In this document: positions 11,881 to 23,656 of the stretch, piece by piece | Position numbering within the stretch: position 1 is the first letter of the stretch | Layout of the letters: every line of letters begins with the position of its first letter | Assembly: GCA_051362555.1 (NCBI GenBank) | Contig: CM120649.1 | Location: 1,798,001-1,862,000, forward strand | Reading direction: 5' to 3' | Origin: Lingula anatina | Taxonomy: Eukaryota > Animalia > Brachiopoda | Length of the DNA: 64,000 nucleotides | Notes under the pieces: model-generated | The model's input: the letters and a program-made list of their open reading frames with translations, nothing else | What the model was told of the DNA's origin: nothing | Databases searched by the model: none | Made by a program: the position numbers and the translations under genes

Positions 11881-14535
11881 AAATTAGATCGTTGAAAACG
11901 CAAAATTTCGCTTGGAAACCGGGTTAATTGGAATCAGCATCCCAAAATTATGCTAATAAGCCTGGGCCCGGTTTCATCAAGGCTGAATAGTCTATCCTAT
12001 GGATAACACTATCCAAGGTATAAATCTCTTATCCTCTGTATAGTTATCCTCTGTATAAAATTGTGTTTCACAAAGGCTGGATAAACAGCATGATAGTAAT
12101 CCAGTGCATCCAATACCATATTTGGAAAAACACATTCCCATAATGCAGTTGGTTGCTATAAACATTATAATAGCTATGATAGTTGCTAACAAAAAAGTGA
12201 TCTATACCATATTTTGAAAATAAATTACCCATAATAAACAATATTATCAGTATATTATAAGATGGCACATTCATTAAAATAATGGGGAAAATATCTAGCC
12301 TACAGGATACTTTAGTGTCAGAGTCACAAACACATCACATTGCATTAGTTGTGCCTCATGCAATGTTTACAATTTGCAGTTGAAGGGCAAAGTCGTGACT
12401 TTTTAACAAAATGGCTGACTTGGCACGTGTATTATAATTTTAATTTTTCGTCGTTTCAAAAGGTATGTTTTCAGTAAAATAAAATTTATACTGAACAAAA
12501 ATATAAACGCACGAAATAATATGTAGATGACCAATACACAGACACTCTGTATAGTCTAGACACTGGTAGCACTAGGAACCACCCACATGCACCGACCACA
12601 CCCGATATGTCGCCCATTAAACACCTGTTGAATGTTCTGGGTCAACGTTTTAGCCATCATGTTCCAGCTCTCGAGAATGTTCGCCAACTGCGAGTAGCAC
12701 TCCGAGAGGAATGGGATAATGTCCCTCAGGCCAATATTGGCAACTTAATGATGTCCGTGCGCCGCTGGTGTACTGCTCTGCGCAAAGTTTATGGTGTCTG
12801 TGGACTCAGGATGTTAACCCCCATGGTGTATTTGATGTCCTAACTCTTGGGCTATGCATTTAAACTTCCCCTAATGCTTTCAAAGTGTTGTCTATTTGTC
12901 GAGAAAAATATGCTGTTATTTTTGGACATATACTATAGTTCCATATATGAAAATAAATCTACATATTATTTCGTGCGTTTATATTTTTGTTCAGTATAAA
13001 TTTTATTTTACTGAAAACATACCTTTTGAAACGACGAAAAATTATAATTATAATACACGTGCCAAGTCAGCCATTTTGTTAGAACGTATTTGACGACCTT
13101 GTCCTTCCACTGCACATTGTAAACATTGTAAACTAATCCAATGTAGTCTGTTTTTACACTGACAGTTTAAAACTCTCCTGAAGATACTATTATTATTATT
13201 CCTATTATTTAACTGAACGTGTCATCTTGAAATATATATTTTTATGGGAAGTTTATTATCCAAACGTGGTATAGATTACTTTTTTTAGCAACTATCATGA
13301 CTTTTCCAATGTTTATAGCAACTTATTACATCATGGGAATGCTTTTTCCAAATTTCTTATCCACTGGCTTACTATCATGCTTTTTAATGAAACCTTTGTG
13401 AAATATAAATTTATACAGCTGATAACTGTCTAGAGGATAACAGAATAATACCCTTGGAAGAGATTTATACGATGGGTAATGTTATCCATAGGGTAGTGCT
13501 ATCCAGTGTTGATCAAACCAGGCCCGGGTGATTAGGTGTAACATATGAAAACACGTCATAAAATAACGTCCATTAATAGGGTCTAAAATTTCCAAGTAAT
13601 CAGTTGCAGGCGAGTGCCAAGGTACATTTATTATATTTGATTTCAGCAAAATGTGGGGAAAACGCCCAATGCGCTGAAAAGCAGTCCAATGTTCCATTGC
13701 CTGGGAACAATGCCAACTGCAATTCATTTTTTAACCAAATTTGTGTTTGCAATGAGGGTTACAGTGGGGACGGATTTAACTGCACTAGTAAGTATTATAG
13801 AACATTTGGAAAATTGAATAGTTCTCTTTTTTGATTTTATTTTTTTTTTATTTTTAAGGTTTCTATTGTAAAGCACGTCACAGTTTTGGCTACTTACTGA
13901 GACAGAACAACAGCATTATTTTTTATAGAAAAATAATCAAACACATCTTTTGTTATACTACCATGTTAATTTTTGTTTTTGATGCAAATTCTTGGTCCTC
14001 ATTACTTCACTCATTAATAGTTAGGTGGCACCGGAAATTTACACTAAAGGCTGTACCAAGGCCCATATAAATTGGTGGTTGAAATAATAAGTGATATAAA
14101 TATAAATAATAACTTCAGCAATTTAACGTCAGATAATGTCTATAATAAGGGGATCCAATCACATATTTGGGTAAAGGGCAGTATGTATTACATTAAGATA
14201 TGTACTAATATTTCGACGTTGATGAAAGCCTGCATGTTCATTCGTATTTATTATTTTGCGTTGTTAAACATTTGATACACATGGTAATATGTGGAAGTAT
14301 TCAAAATATTGAAAGTTCTGAGGGGCTTTTTAAAGCCATTATTTCCACATAATTGCCATCAATTTCATATCTTCGTAATAATCATCCTTCGTAATAATCA
14401 TCATTTTAGTAAAAATAAAAACACTGAAGAAATTTGTTTGTATATTACTGAATGCACCAAAATGTGCTCTAACATGAAATCGGTGTCAAGGTGTCAATAA
14501 AACATACTTCTGTTCTTACAGGATGGGTGGAATAA
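2648..14535 (+). CDS. Copy 1: secreted 3-module EGF-like protein SP-A-B-C, 155 aa predicted (exons 2648-2729, 3306-3422, 3899-4012, 13647-13787, 14522-14535)
   Basis: Signal-like exon MMGLSCPSLVQALMAFVFLSKTQLSQT then T|GTAAGT. A: NCEDDSCYNGGFCIDNPDAPSGFQCICFSSSFGERCEF. B: PCLMGNCKNGATCAVNATNFLSLCICPEGYYGRECQI. C: KCGENAQCAEKQSNVPLPGNNANCNSFFNQICVCNEGYSGDGFNCT. Stop exon RWVE*. All are flanked by polypyrimidine-CAG and GTAAG; module exons are 117/114/141 nt (phase 1-1). Exon 1 appears to lie upstream of the window. Confidence 0.8.
5757..7257 (+). mobile_element. Decayed Tc1-like transposon inside Y
   Basis: TA flanks; TIRs catattgacatttaatatgg / ccatttaaatgtcaagtccg. HTH remnant IARQLHVSQGAVSNVLQK..RPRPGRP and GRGSICVWAG motif, broken by stops and frameshifts. 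Confidence 0.8.
7871..11750. mobile_element. Long-TIR element Z (TAG...CTA termini, 3-bp TSD CCT; possibly an Academ-like non-autonomous element)
   Basis: CCT at 7868-7870 and 11751-11753; termini tagtcgagtagcca / tggcgactcaacta; arms about 7871-8530 and 11100-11750 are inverted copies. Removing it restores Y's right arm (cctcgaccctgaaaatatag). Superfamily is inference. Confidence 0.75.
9188..10377 (+). mobile_element. Decayed, internally deleted Tc1-like transposon inside Z
   Basis: Transposase remnants GCSHPTIRNL..GSVSDIPQPGR, TPDQDRY, TARHYVDQILQPH..QQD, PDMNPIEH; degenerate TIRs tacttacag.. / ..ctgtcagta next to TA. Confidence 0.7.
12489..12996 (+). mobile_element. Short Tc1 deletion derivative
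   Basis: TIRs tactgaacaaaaatataaacgcacgaaataat at both ends, TA flanks; C-terminal transposase remnant PDMSPIKHL..LREEWDNVPQANIGNLMMSVRRWC. Confidence 0.85.
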
Positions 14536-14671
14536 ACAGACAGAAAATGAAATAATAAAATATGCAAGAGAGGATGCACAGTTATTTGAATAATTTAAGA
14601 ACAAAGCATATAATGAATATTCATTCGAAGATTCATTGAAAGTTATGACTGAATTAAGGATACCAATTGGA

Positions 14672-14677
14672 AATAAA
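14672..14677 (+). terminator. Putative poly(A) signal of copy 1 (homologues at 15571, 27596, 53485, 62435)
   Basis: AATAAA at a homologous position about 110-160 nt after each stop exon, followed by a T-rich tract; changed to AAGAAA in copy 4 (about 41833). Confidence 0.45.
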
Positions 14678-15430
14678 GTATTTTAGGCATTACATTTTGT
14701 TCTTCTTAGTCCTCCACAATTTTCACATCTAATTTGCTTTGGCTTTTGTGATTCTAAACATAAAATCCTTGTCGTACTTAGTTAAATTACGAAGATGAAT
14801 GGATATGGAAGACACCCAACGGTTAATGGGATATTTTTCATGTTTTAAATAAATATTTCAATGACAAATGACACATTGCCTAGTTAACGTGTAGGCCACA
14901 ACAAACTCATAACTACATTGTAGTCAATATCTATGCGACTTTGATACATGACGTGGAAGTTCAACATAATGGAAACCCCTATGGCGCGATAGGCAATATG
15001 AAATTACTAACAGTATATGACTATATGAAATGCTTGCAAGCTGCGTTTTGCAGTAAAAAAGTCATTCTATGTTCAAACAAGCACAGTTGTGATTGGATGG
15101 CTGCCAACGTGTCAAGTATTTTACACTGATATCATTTGCAGTATATTATTTACCAGTTTATTATACTGCGTTGTTCAACATTTGATAAGCATGGCAATGT
15201 GTTCAGGTATTTAAATTGTCGAAAGTTACTAGGAGCTATTAATTATTATTATTTCTATCATAATTTCTATCACCAGCTTCATCTTACCATTTTTATAGTA
15301 AATTATTTTTATTTAAAAAAAAACACTGAAGAAATATGTTTGTGTATTACTGAATTCAACAAAATGTGCTGCGGTATTCTTGAAAACGGGATAAAAGTGC
15401 ACATAAAACATACAATTCTTTCTCTTACAG

Positions 15431-15462
15431 GATCGACGAATTACACTCAGAAAACCGAATAA
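15431..15462 (+). CDS. Duplicated (alternative) last exon of copy 1, RSTNYTQKTE*
   Basis: tctcttacag acceptor inside a local duplication of the last intron and 3' UTR block (about 14170-14900 vs 15120-15780); has its own AATAAA at 15571. Confidence 0.5.
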
Positions 15463-16559
15463 CAGAAAAAGTGTAAGAGAGGATACACACTTATTTGATA
15501 AAACCAAAGTAATAATAACAATTTATTTGTGCATTTATCGAAAATTATGCCTAAGCTAGGGATAATTGAAAATAAAACACTTTAGGTGTTGCGTTTTGTT
15601 CTTTTAAGTGATCCACAATTCTCAAATCACATTTGTTTCAATGATTCTTAACATAAAAAAGTTCTCTTGAGTTAAAATAGGACAGAAATGGACATTTGCA
15701 ATGCGCTACGGTAAATGGATTTAAATGGTTTTAATATCAAACACCACATTGTCAAACTCACACGTTGGCCACAACAGGCTAATTATCCTCTTTATTTATT
15801 GTTCTTTACTATTGGTATCAGAACAAGCGTCGTGAAAGGGCGATTGCAGGGAGCTCTTTATTGTAGTTTCAATGGTAGTTTGTGTGTCAGAAAAAATACG
15901 CCTGCATGCTCAGATCACATCTGACGACACCTGTTGAACAAATCAAACAGTGCACCTTGCCGAGTTATATTGACACTTGGGTTTACAAATATGTTAAACT
16001 GGTCTATGTTCGAACATGAAAACAGTAATGTAAATGCCCGTCAAGATCGATATATAACTTTAAAAACTCTAAGATAACTATTAATTTTTTTTTTATATAA
16101 AGAGAAAGTTTTTCATTGATTTATTTGCTTTTTTCTTAACATTAAAAATGCACTACAGAAAATGATGTATAATTCCACTTATATATTTGTTAAACTGTTT
16201 TGGCATGACTTAAGATAATTACCATTGTACTTGATCCGTTGATATAGTGAGACACGTTACCAAAATCAATTAACATTAAACCTACATATTACGAGCTGAA
16301 TACAGGTCCCATTTGGAACTGGACAAAGTGATCTGGACAGCAGCACATAAACTAAATTTTATTTTAGAAATAAACGTTTTAGCAATTGTCAAGATATAAA
16401 ACCACGCCTTAATTCTGATGATTGTGCCTTTTGTTACTGCATCTGCCAATACTGCAATTTTGTCAGTTTGCCAAATGTAATAGTAAACATATTGTTTTGA
16501 TTTGGTTCGTAGAAAGACATGGCCACCAAACAGTACGATAAATCAGAGGTCGTAAACAA

Positions 16560-17045
16560 ATAATGCTTTACATAAGTCATATACTGGTTGTAAGTTCATA
16601 TTATCCAACGCCCTTTATCAAAGTAGCGCTTAAATTAACTGGGTGATGCAAATAAAACTGTTGTTTAATTTTTTGGTTATTATTCCAACAATCTATCGCC
16701 ATCACCATTTGTATACACAACACACACACACACACACACGAGAGAGAGAGAGAGAGAGAGGGAGAAGAGAGAGAGAGACCAAAGACACGGATAAGAGGCT
16801 TTGTTATTTTACTTGTTTGTTTTATTTAATCGGAATAAATCGTGTTTGAGGACAAAGTCCAAATTCGCCTCCAGAATAAACAATGTGACTTAACAAGCAT
16901 CGCTTTTCATAAAGCCATATGCTGGAAGTAATTTCATATCATCCAAAGCGTCATAGGGGTTTCCATTATTTTTTATTCCGACGGCCTGTATCAAAGTAGC
17001 ACTGAAATCAACTGGGTGACGCAAATAAAATAAAATAGCTAACTG
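16560..17045 (+). repeat. Intergenic repeat unit with CA/GA microsatellites, present 1-3 times between gene copies
   Basis: Unit aagcatcgcttttcatatagtcatatactgg..gcgtcatagggtttcc..tcaaagtagcactgaaat.aactgggtgatgcaaataaaa recurs at about 16560, 16895, 20650, 20918, 33070, 33450, 33855, 42560, 54010, 62890 and 63540. Confidence 0.8.
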
Positions 17046-17560
17046 GTGACGGGTGCCTTCAGTTATTCCATCACTATGTCATACACTCACGATGGCTATC
17101 ACGGAATTAATGATATCAAATGTTGATTTAACTAAGCAAACTAAGTACAATATAGCAGTGCTGTTATAGACCTTAATGAACTCTGGTTGAATATTTTTGG
17201 CTATCTCTCACTATTTTGCCCAAATCCAGCAGTTTATGTGGCGCACAGACACAAACACACGAGAGAGAGAATCTGAGTTTCATCTGAAAAATGTATTGTT
17301 AGAACTAGGCCAATTCGACGGGTAATATCATAATAAAAAGTCAAGCAAATTGTTGGCTAGAGTTTCCTTTACCGCATTACCTCAATACTAATATTTGTCA
17401 AGCTACGGGAGTGTTAATGGAAGCCACGACCTGTATGAAGATTTTCTGGGTCAAATATAAAAATACAAGATATATTCTGAACGAAGGAAGCCGACGAAAT
17501 ACCCAAAAATGGCGTGTGATAATAAACTGGGCATCCTATATTCAAATAAGCACTTTCGTG

Positions 17561-17666
17561 ATTGGATAATTTATCGTGTGACACGTTTTCCACGAGATAC
17601 ACTGTCGAATCGGTGCTAGCAGTATATGATAACCAGTATGTGACTTCAACGAGAAAAAAAAAGGAG
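17561..17666 (+). promoter_or_regulatory. Promoter and non-coding exon 1 of copy 2
   Basis: ATTGG (reverse CCAAT) at 17561, TATA-like gtatatgataa at about 17622, donor GAG|GTAAGT at 17666/17667; homologous to the other copies but with a small deletion. Confidence 0.5.
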
Positions 17667-18687
17667 GTAAGTTTTGTGTCAACTGTGAAATATTGTGATC
17701 GGTGCAATTCTGCAACTTTATGGTGGTCTCCTGCACACACTGATTGTTGGTAACTAAACTGTGAATATCTCTCATTAGTTCTGGCGGAGGGTACTGCTTT
17801 TAATCAAATGTTTGTTGTTCATGTTTGGCCAGGAATCCAATGAACCTAAATACCACCAAAGAGTGTTTCATACGGTAGTTGATTGCCTCGATTCAACAAC
17901 TACCATTTGAATTTTAAGAGAGCAATGATAGTGAGAAAATGTATTTTCCATTTGTTGAATCTATTTCGAAGACTCACTCAAATTTAGTTCAAGCTTGGTC
18001 AGGAATCCAATGAACATTTAAATACCAAAGACTGATTAATAAAGTTTATTGTTGCCTGATATCACACTTTTAACAACCGCCTTTAGAATTTTAAGAGATG
18101 GATAGTGAAGGTGTTAGAAAGTAGGCACTCTCCATTTTTTAAAACTAGTTCGAAGCTTCAACCAAATATAGAGCAAATTTTGTTTCAAGTGATTCAATCA
18201 TATATTTATCGCTACACACTATCAAGCAAATTGATTTGAAAGCCGTTGCCATTCTACAGGCTTGCTGATGCACGTCGGCCCTGCAGGTATGTTCTCTGGG
18301 ACAAATGGATTATATGCATTTCTGCTAAACGAAAAAGAGCGGGTATTGACAGAATCTGCAAATAAATGGCAAAGTTGGTTTTTATTAATATTCGGGTATT
18401 TTTTTTACAATATTCGGGTTTTTAAAAATAAAATTCTGTTAACAAAGTATCAAGAGTTAACAAGATGTTATCATAACCAACACCCAAACCTGCCCCATAT
18501 TAAATATATATTGCATTGTTTGCCTCGTAAGCTGCGATGTTTTCAAGAAAACAAACCCAATTTTAATTAAAAGTTTAAATATGCACATATATATGATGTT
18601 GAATTTTACCACTTTCTTCTGAATATCTTATTTCATTCCAGCATAGAAGTGCTATACAAGAGTGATGTGTCTAACACCAACCAATCA

Positions 18688-19452
18688 ATGATGGGATTGT
18701 TGTTCTGCCCGAGTCTTGTCCTGGTCTTGTTTGCGTGTGTCAGTCAAACTCAGCTGAGTCAAGCTGGTAAGTGTGAAGAGACCAGCTCGACATCCATGTA
18801 CATGTACAATAGCATGTTTTAATTTCTAAGATACGGTATCAGTTTTCGTTTCAGCTTTTTGTTCTCAGCATTTCTTGGTTGCAATAATTATATGCCTGGT
18901 TTTTGTGGATCTTTTCAATTCTAAATCATTCCCACCTTTCTGCGGAGAATGCAATCCAAGCTGCGGCTTATGCACCTTTCGTAGTTAGCATTCACAATAA
19001 CCAGCACTACCGTATGACCAGGTCTTTTCCTTACTTCGTTCTCAATTTGCTTAGTGCTAAGCGAGGGGACTCCAGGTACTATTATAATGGTCTTTGGTAT
19101 GACAAGGCTATGCACGGGGATCAAACTCATGACCATTTGCAACCAGAGCACTCTCTGTAGGTGGTCTTTTAAATCATGTAGACATGGTGTACAAGCCGTG
19201 CCGTAACATTGTTAACAGGATAAAATGTGCATGACATATCTATTAAAATTGTTTGAATTTCTAAAGTTTAAAGTATATGTGTGAAATGATAAAGCATGCC
19301 TAACATTTAAATTGGCTTGCAACATCTAGTTTCAGACGGATGCGACCGTGACAGTTGCTATAATAATGGGCACTGCGTAGATAATGCCGACGAACCGCTT
19401 GGCTTCAAGTGCTTTTGTCAACGTGGCTATTTCGGAAAGAGATGCGAATTAT
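18688..19452 (+). pseudogene. Copy 2: 3'-truncated copy, SP-A only (exons 18688-18766, 19336-19452)
   Basis: Intact MMGLLFCPSLVLVLFACVSQTQLSQA and A exon DGCDRDSCYNNGHCVDNADEPLGFKCFCQRGYFGKRCEL with good splice sites. The A-B intron joins 3'-flank sequence at about 19798, so B, C and the stop exon are missing. It may still be expressed (see findings). Confidence 0.7.
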
Positions 19453-20427
19453 GTAAGCAACGTCTTTGTGACCCTGTTGTCCTCTGTAGATAACAGGAAA
19501 TAGTTATACACAATCAAATGATAGAAAGCATCTTAACGTTTGCAACAACTGATACCAGCAGATATGCTTCATGTTAATACAATTTATCCATGAACAATGT
19601 ATCTACATTGTTTCTACATGTAAGTTTTTTATTTATTCATTTATTTATTTATTCATTTATTTATAGTTTTTTTCTGCAAAATGAAGAGTATGTCATTTTC
19701 GTTTGATGACGTGGGCTGATCCAGTGTTCACAACATCATCAACATCTTATTCTCAAGAGAAATAAAAAGACTGAGCAAAAGGACGCAAAACGGTGTCAAA
19801 CAAACCAAACCATTTTGCCGAATTATAATTTCACAAAACGTTATAAATATATCACATTGGTAATTTTTCTCTTTTCGACTAAACGTCCTTCAATATCGAC
19901 AAATAACTTTAAAAACTTTTACTTTAATATTTATTATATGTAAGGACGAAGATTTTTTATGACTAATTTGCTTTTTTTTTGCCATTTACAACTGCACTAC
20001 AAAAGTTAAACTAAAAATGATGTACTATTCCACTTACATATTTGTTAAATTGTTTTGACATGGTTTAAGATAATTACCATGTTACTTAATAGGTTAAGAT
20101 AGTGAGACACGTTACCAAAATCAATTTACATAAAACCTACATGTTACGATCTCAATACAAGACCATTTGCAACGGGACAAAGTCATCTGGACAACAGCAC
20201 ATAAACCAAAAACTATTTGGAAAAAAATATTAGCAATTGTCGCTCTGATGATTGTGTCTTTTGTTACTGCATCTGTCGATACTGTCATTTTGTAATTTTT
20301 TTCAAAAGTAAAAGTGAATATATATTTTTTTTTTTTTTTGGTTTTGATTTGGTTCGTATAAAGACATGGTCGCCAAACAGTATGGTATATCAGAGGTCGT
20401 TAAAAAAATCCCCTTTCTTTAGTCATA

Positions 20428-20647
20428 CACCCCATTTCCATAGATTTTTAGATCGATCTATCCCTGTGGGGAGTCTCACTAGATTACTGTCAGCTTGGCC
20501 GGCTTAAGCGTCTGTCCCGCCTACTAAAAGCTGTAAGGGGGTAATTAACTTGAGCTCGGCTGACTGCAATTTAGCGTGAACCCCCAGGGAGTTAGGTTGA
20601 TCGAAAACTTAATCTTTATATCGATCTAAATCTCTGGGAAAGCACCC
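20428..20647. mobile_element. About 215-bp MITE family W
   Basis: caccccatttccatagat..gatcgatcta..gggaaagcaccc between ATA duplications; absent from paralogous units; other copies at 35890-36755 and 50992-51200. Confidence 0.7.
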
Positions 20648-21166
20648 ATATACTGGAAGAAATTACATATTATCCAACGCGTCACAGGGTTTCCAATATG
20701 TTTAACTATGACGTCCTTTATCAAAGTAGCACTTAAAATAACTGGGTGATGCAAATAAAATAGCTCACGCTCACAAGCGAGAGAGAGAGGGAGAGAGAAG
20801 GACCAATGCCACGGATAGAAGGATTTGTACATTTACTTCTTTGTTTATTTACTCGGACTAAATCGTGTTTGATGTCAAAGTCTAAATTCGCATCCAGAAT
20901 AAGCAATACGACTTATCAAGCATCGCTTTTCATATAGCCATGTTCTGGAAGTAATTTTTTCATATCATCCAAAGCGTCATAGGGGTTTCCATTATTTTTT
21001 TATTCCGAGGGCCTGTATCAAGGTAGCACTGAAATCAACTGGGTGACGCAAATAGAAAAAATAGCTAACTGGTGTGAGATGCCGTCTGTAGTGTAATATT
21101 TTGATTATTTTGGCTGTTATTCAATCGCTGTGTCACACGCACACATACACACGCAAACGGACACAC

Positions 21167-21202
<36 letters not shown>

Positions 21203-21695
21203 CAAAGAGAGTTGAGGGAGCAAAGTGGGGAATAAAAAACTAAGCGATGGCTGCCACGGAGAGAAGGATATCAAATATTTGATTTAACTGAGCAATACAG
21301 ATATAATATTGCAATGCTGTTATAGACCTTAATGAACTCAGGTTGAATATTTTTGCCAATCTCTCACTATCTTGCCCCAATCCAGTAGTTTATGTGGCGC
21401 ACAAACACAAACACACGAGAGAGAGAATTTCATTAGAAAACTTTATCGTTAGAACTGGGTTAATTCGACGGGCAACATCATAATAAAAAAGACAAACAAA
21501 TTGTTGGCTAGAGTTTCCTTTACCGCTTTACCTCAATACTAATATTTTCCAAGCTACGGGAGTGTTAATGGAAGTCACGTCCTGTATGAAATTTTTCTAG
21601 GTCAAATATAAAATACACGTATGCTGAACGAAATAAGCCACAAATGGGGTGTGATTATAAACTGCGCATCCTATATCTAAATAAGCACTTTTGTG

Positions 21696-21823
21696 ATTGG
21701 ATGGTTTCTCGCGTGCCTCGTTTTTTACCAGATACACTGATGTCCCGGTGCTGGCTGTATATTATAACCAGTAGGTGATGAGAAGTTGCATTTCCTGACC
21801 TGACTTCGACGAGAAAAAAGGAG
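21696..21823 (+). promoter_or_regulatory. Promoter and non-coding exon 1 of copy 3
   Basis: ATTGG at 21696, TATATTATAA at 21758-21767, donor GAG|GTGAGT at 21823/21824; next acceptor ttattccag ends at 23610. Confidence 0.6.
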
Positions 21824-22479
21824 GTGAGTTTTTTTGTTAACTGTAAAATATTTTGATCGATGCGATTCTGCTACTTGATGGTGATCCCCTGCACACACCG
21901 ATTGTTGGTAATTAAACAGTGAAATAGCTCTCGGTGGTGCTGCATGGTGGAGGGTAACGCTTCCTGTCAAATACGTGTTGTTCATGTTTGGCCAGGAATC
22001 CAATGGACCTAAATACGAACAAAGAGTGATTAATACAGGAGATGATTACCTTGGTCCAAACAACCGCCTTATGAATTTCAAAAGAGGAATAATTGTAATT
22101 TTCCATTTGTTGAAACTATTTCCTAGACTCATTCAAATTTAGAGCAAATTTAATTTCAAGTGATTTCATCATATATTTTCGGTACAGACCATTAAGCAAA
22201 TTGATTTGAAAGCTATTGGCATTCTACGGGCGTGCTAATGGACGCTCGTCGGTCCTGCAGGTATGTTGTCCGAGACAAATGGATTATATGCATTTCTGCT
22301 GAACGAAAAAACGACTGGTATTTGCAGAATCTGAGAATGAGTTGCAAAGTTGGTTTTAACAATATTTGGTTACTAAGATGAACACAGTTTTGACTTGATG
22401 GGTCCCCATATGTGTCCCGATTATCACAAAGTACACTGTGACACTGGCAATGCATTCTAATAGTTTTAAAAGGGCTGTT

Positions 22480-22987
22480 CCCAGCAGGCATAGTTGCGTT
22501 GGATCAACGTTGAAAACAGGTTGATACGTTGAATTGCCGTTGATCTACCTAAATTCAAAGTTAAATCAACGTTGATTCAGCCACGTCGAAACACCGTCAT
22601 ACCGTCTGTAATGTGACGTTGACTCAACGTTGTATTTTGGTCAATGACACAACCTTGCAGTTATGGATTGTAATTGAAAATATTAATTATTGAAAAGGTG
22701 ATACTTTGTTTATCAATACTGTAAGTAAATGTATCAAAATAATAACAAAAGGGTTTTAAAGTAAAAGGGACAGTTGTTTTGTGTCTTTAGTTAACTAGTG
22801 AATTTTCTTAACTTGTTATTCAGAAATACATGACAATAAACTGAATTCCTTGCAAGGTCAGCTAACACTAGGATGAATAACTTGCTGTAAATCTGATGAG
22901 GTTGAGTTAACAGTTCTTGGTAACCTGTTATAGATAGACAGGTTGAGATGACTGTGACTTTGTTATATAGATGGTTGTAGTTATCTT

Positions 22988-23060
<73 letters not shown>
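22480..23060. mobile_element. Truncated CACTA/EnSpm-like end with CAACGTTG subterminal repeats, ending in (TA)n
   Basis: Starts cccagcaggca, has repeated tcaacgttga palindromes at 22505-22632, is absent from paralogous intron 1, and ends in a TA tract at 22990-23060. Classification is tentative. Confidence 0.45.
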
Positions 23061-23064
<4 letters not shown>

Positions 23065-23656
23065 CACCAAAACCAGTTTTATTTACAAACAACAATGCTT
23101 GTTGCTATGGTTACAGGAAAGCTCGATTTTTGGCCAGTGTTTTCAAAACCTTACTATTATTAGATTTCGAAACCTTATTAAAGACATTAAACAAGTAATT
23201 ATTTTTTAAAAAGCCCATTCAGAAAAAGCCATCAAAAAGCACTGGCATCTCATGGCAGAGTTTTAGTTTTATCTTTCCTGTCACCTTTACCAAATGATTC
23301 CAGCTTATATAAACTTCAAAGCTGAATACGATGTTATTGTAACCAGCACCCCACCCAGCAACCATGTTAAATTACATTGGAGACACTGTTAAATGATAAA
23401 TCACTGACACGCACAGGTAACTGCAACGATTTTGCCATGAGCGTTCTATCGCACATTGCAATGCTCCCGAAAAAGATAATATATTGCCGTGTGGCATTGT
23501 TTGCGTGCCTCGTAATCTGCAATGTTTTCAAGAAAGCAAGCCTGATTTAGTTTAAAGATTGTCATACCTGTATGATGATGCTGAAATCTGAAAATCTTAT
23601 GTTATTCCAGCGTAGAAGTGCTATAAAAGAGTACTGTATCTAACATCAACCAATCA

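Larger units (their letters stand above)
4620..11964. mobile_element. Long-TIR foldback element Y (about 500-bp arms), right arm split by element Z
   Basis: 4620-4815 is the reverse complement of 11751-11964, and about 4813-5123 is the reverse complement of 7561-7870 (source of the mirror ORFs 4875..5108+ and 7576..7809-). No TSD found. Confidence 0.75.
4264..13526. mobile_element. Non-autonomous TIR element X (GGCCCGGTTTCA termini, Harbinger-like), outer shell of a nested insertion in the B-C intron of copy 1
   Basis: Terminus ctgggcccggtttcaataaggatggatagc at 4261, its reverse complement at about 13500-13526, and a further left-type terminus at 11964. The same element sits at the same intron site in copy 3; the empty site attcagatgattagg is at about 40401. 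Superfamily is inferred from the CWG-like flanks. Confidence 0.6.

Noticed and set aside
4657-11927. Paired near-identical ORFs on opposite strands (4875..5108/7576..7809 and 4657..4863/11670..11927)
   Set aside because: They are the two arms of a foldback element and include poly-A/T runs; not genes.
16560-21070. Interspersed direct repeats as a CRISPR-like array
   Set aside because: Units are over 100 bp, diverged and separated by homologous sequence or microsatellites; eukaryotic context and no cas genes.
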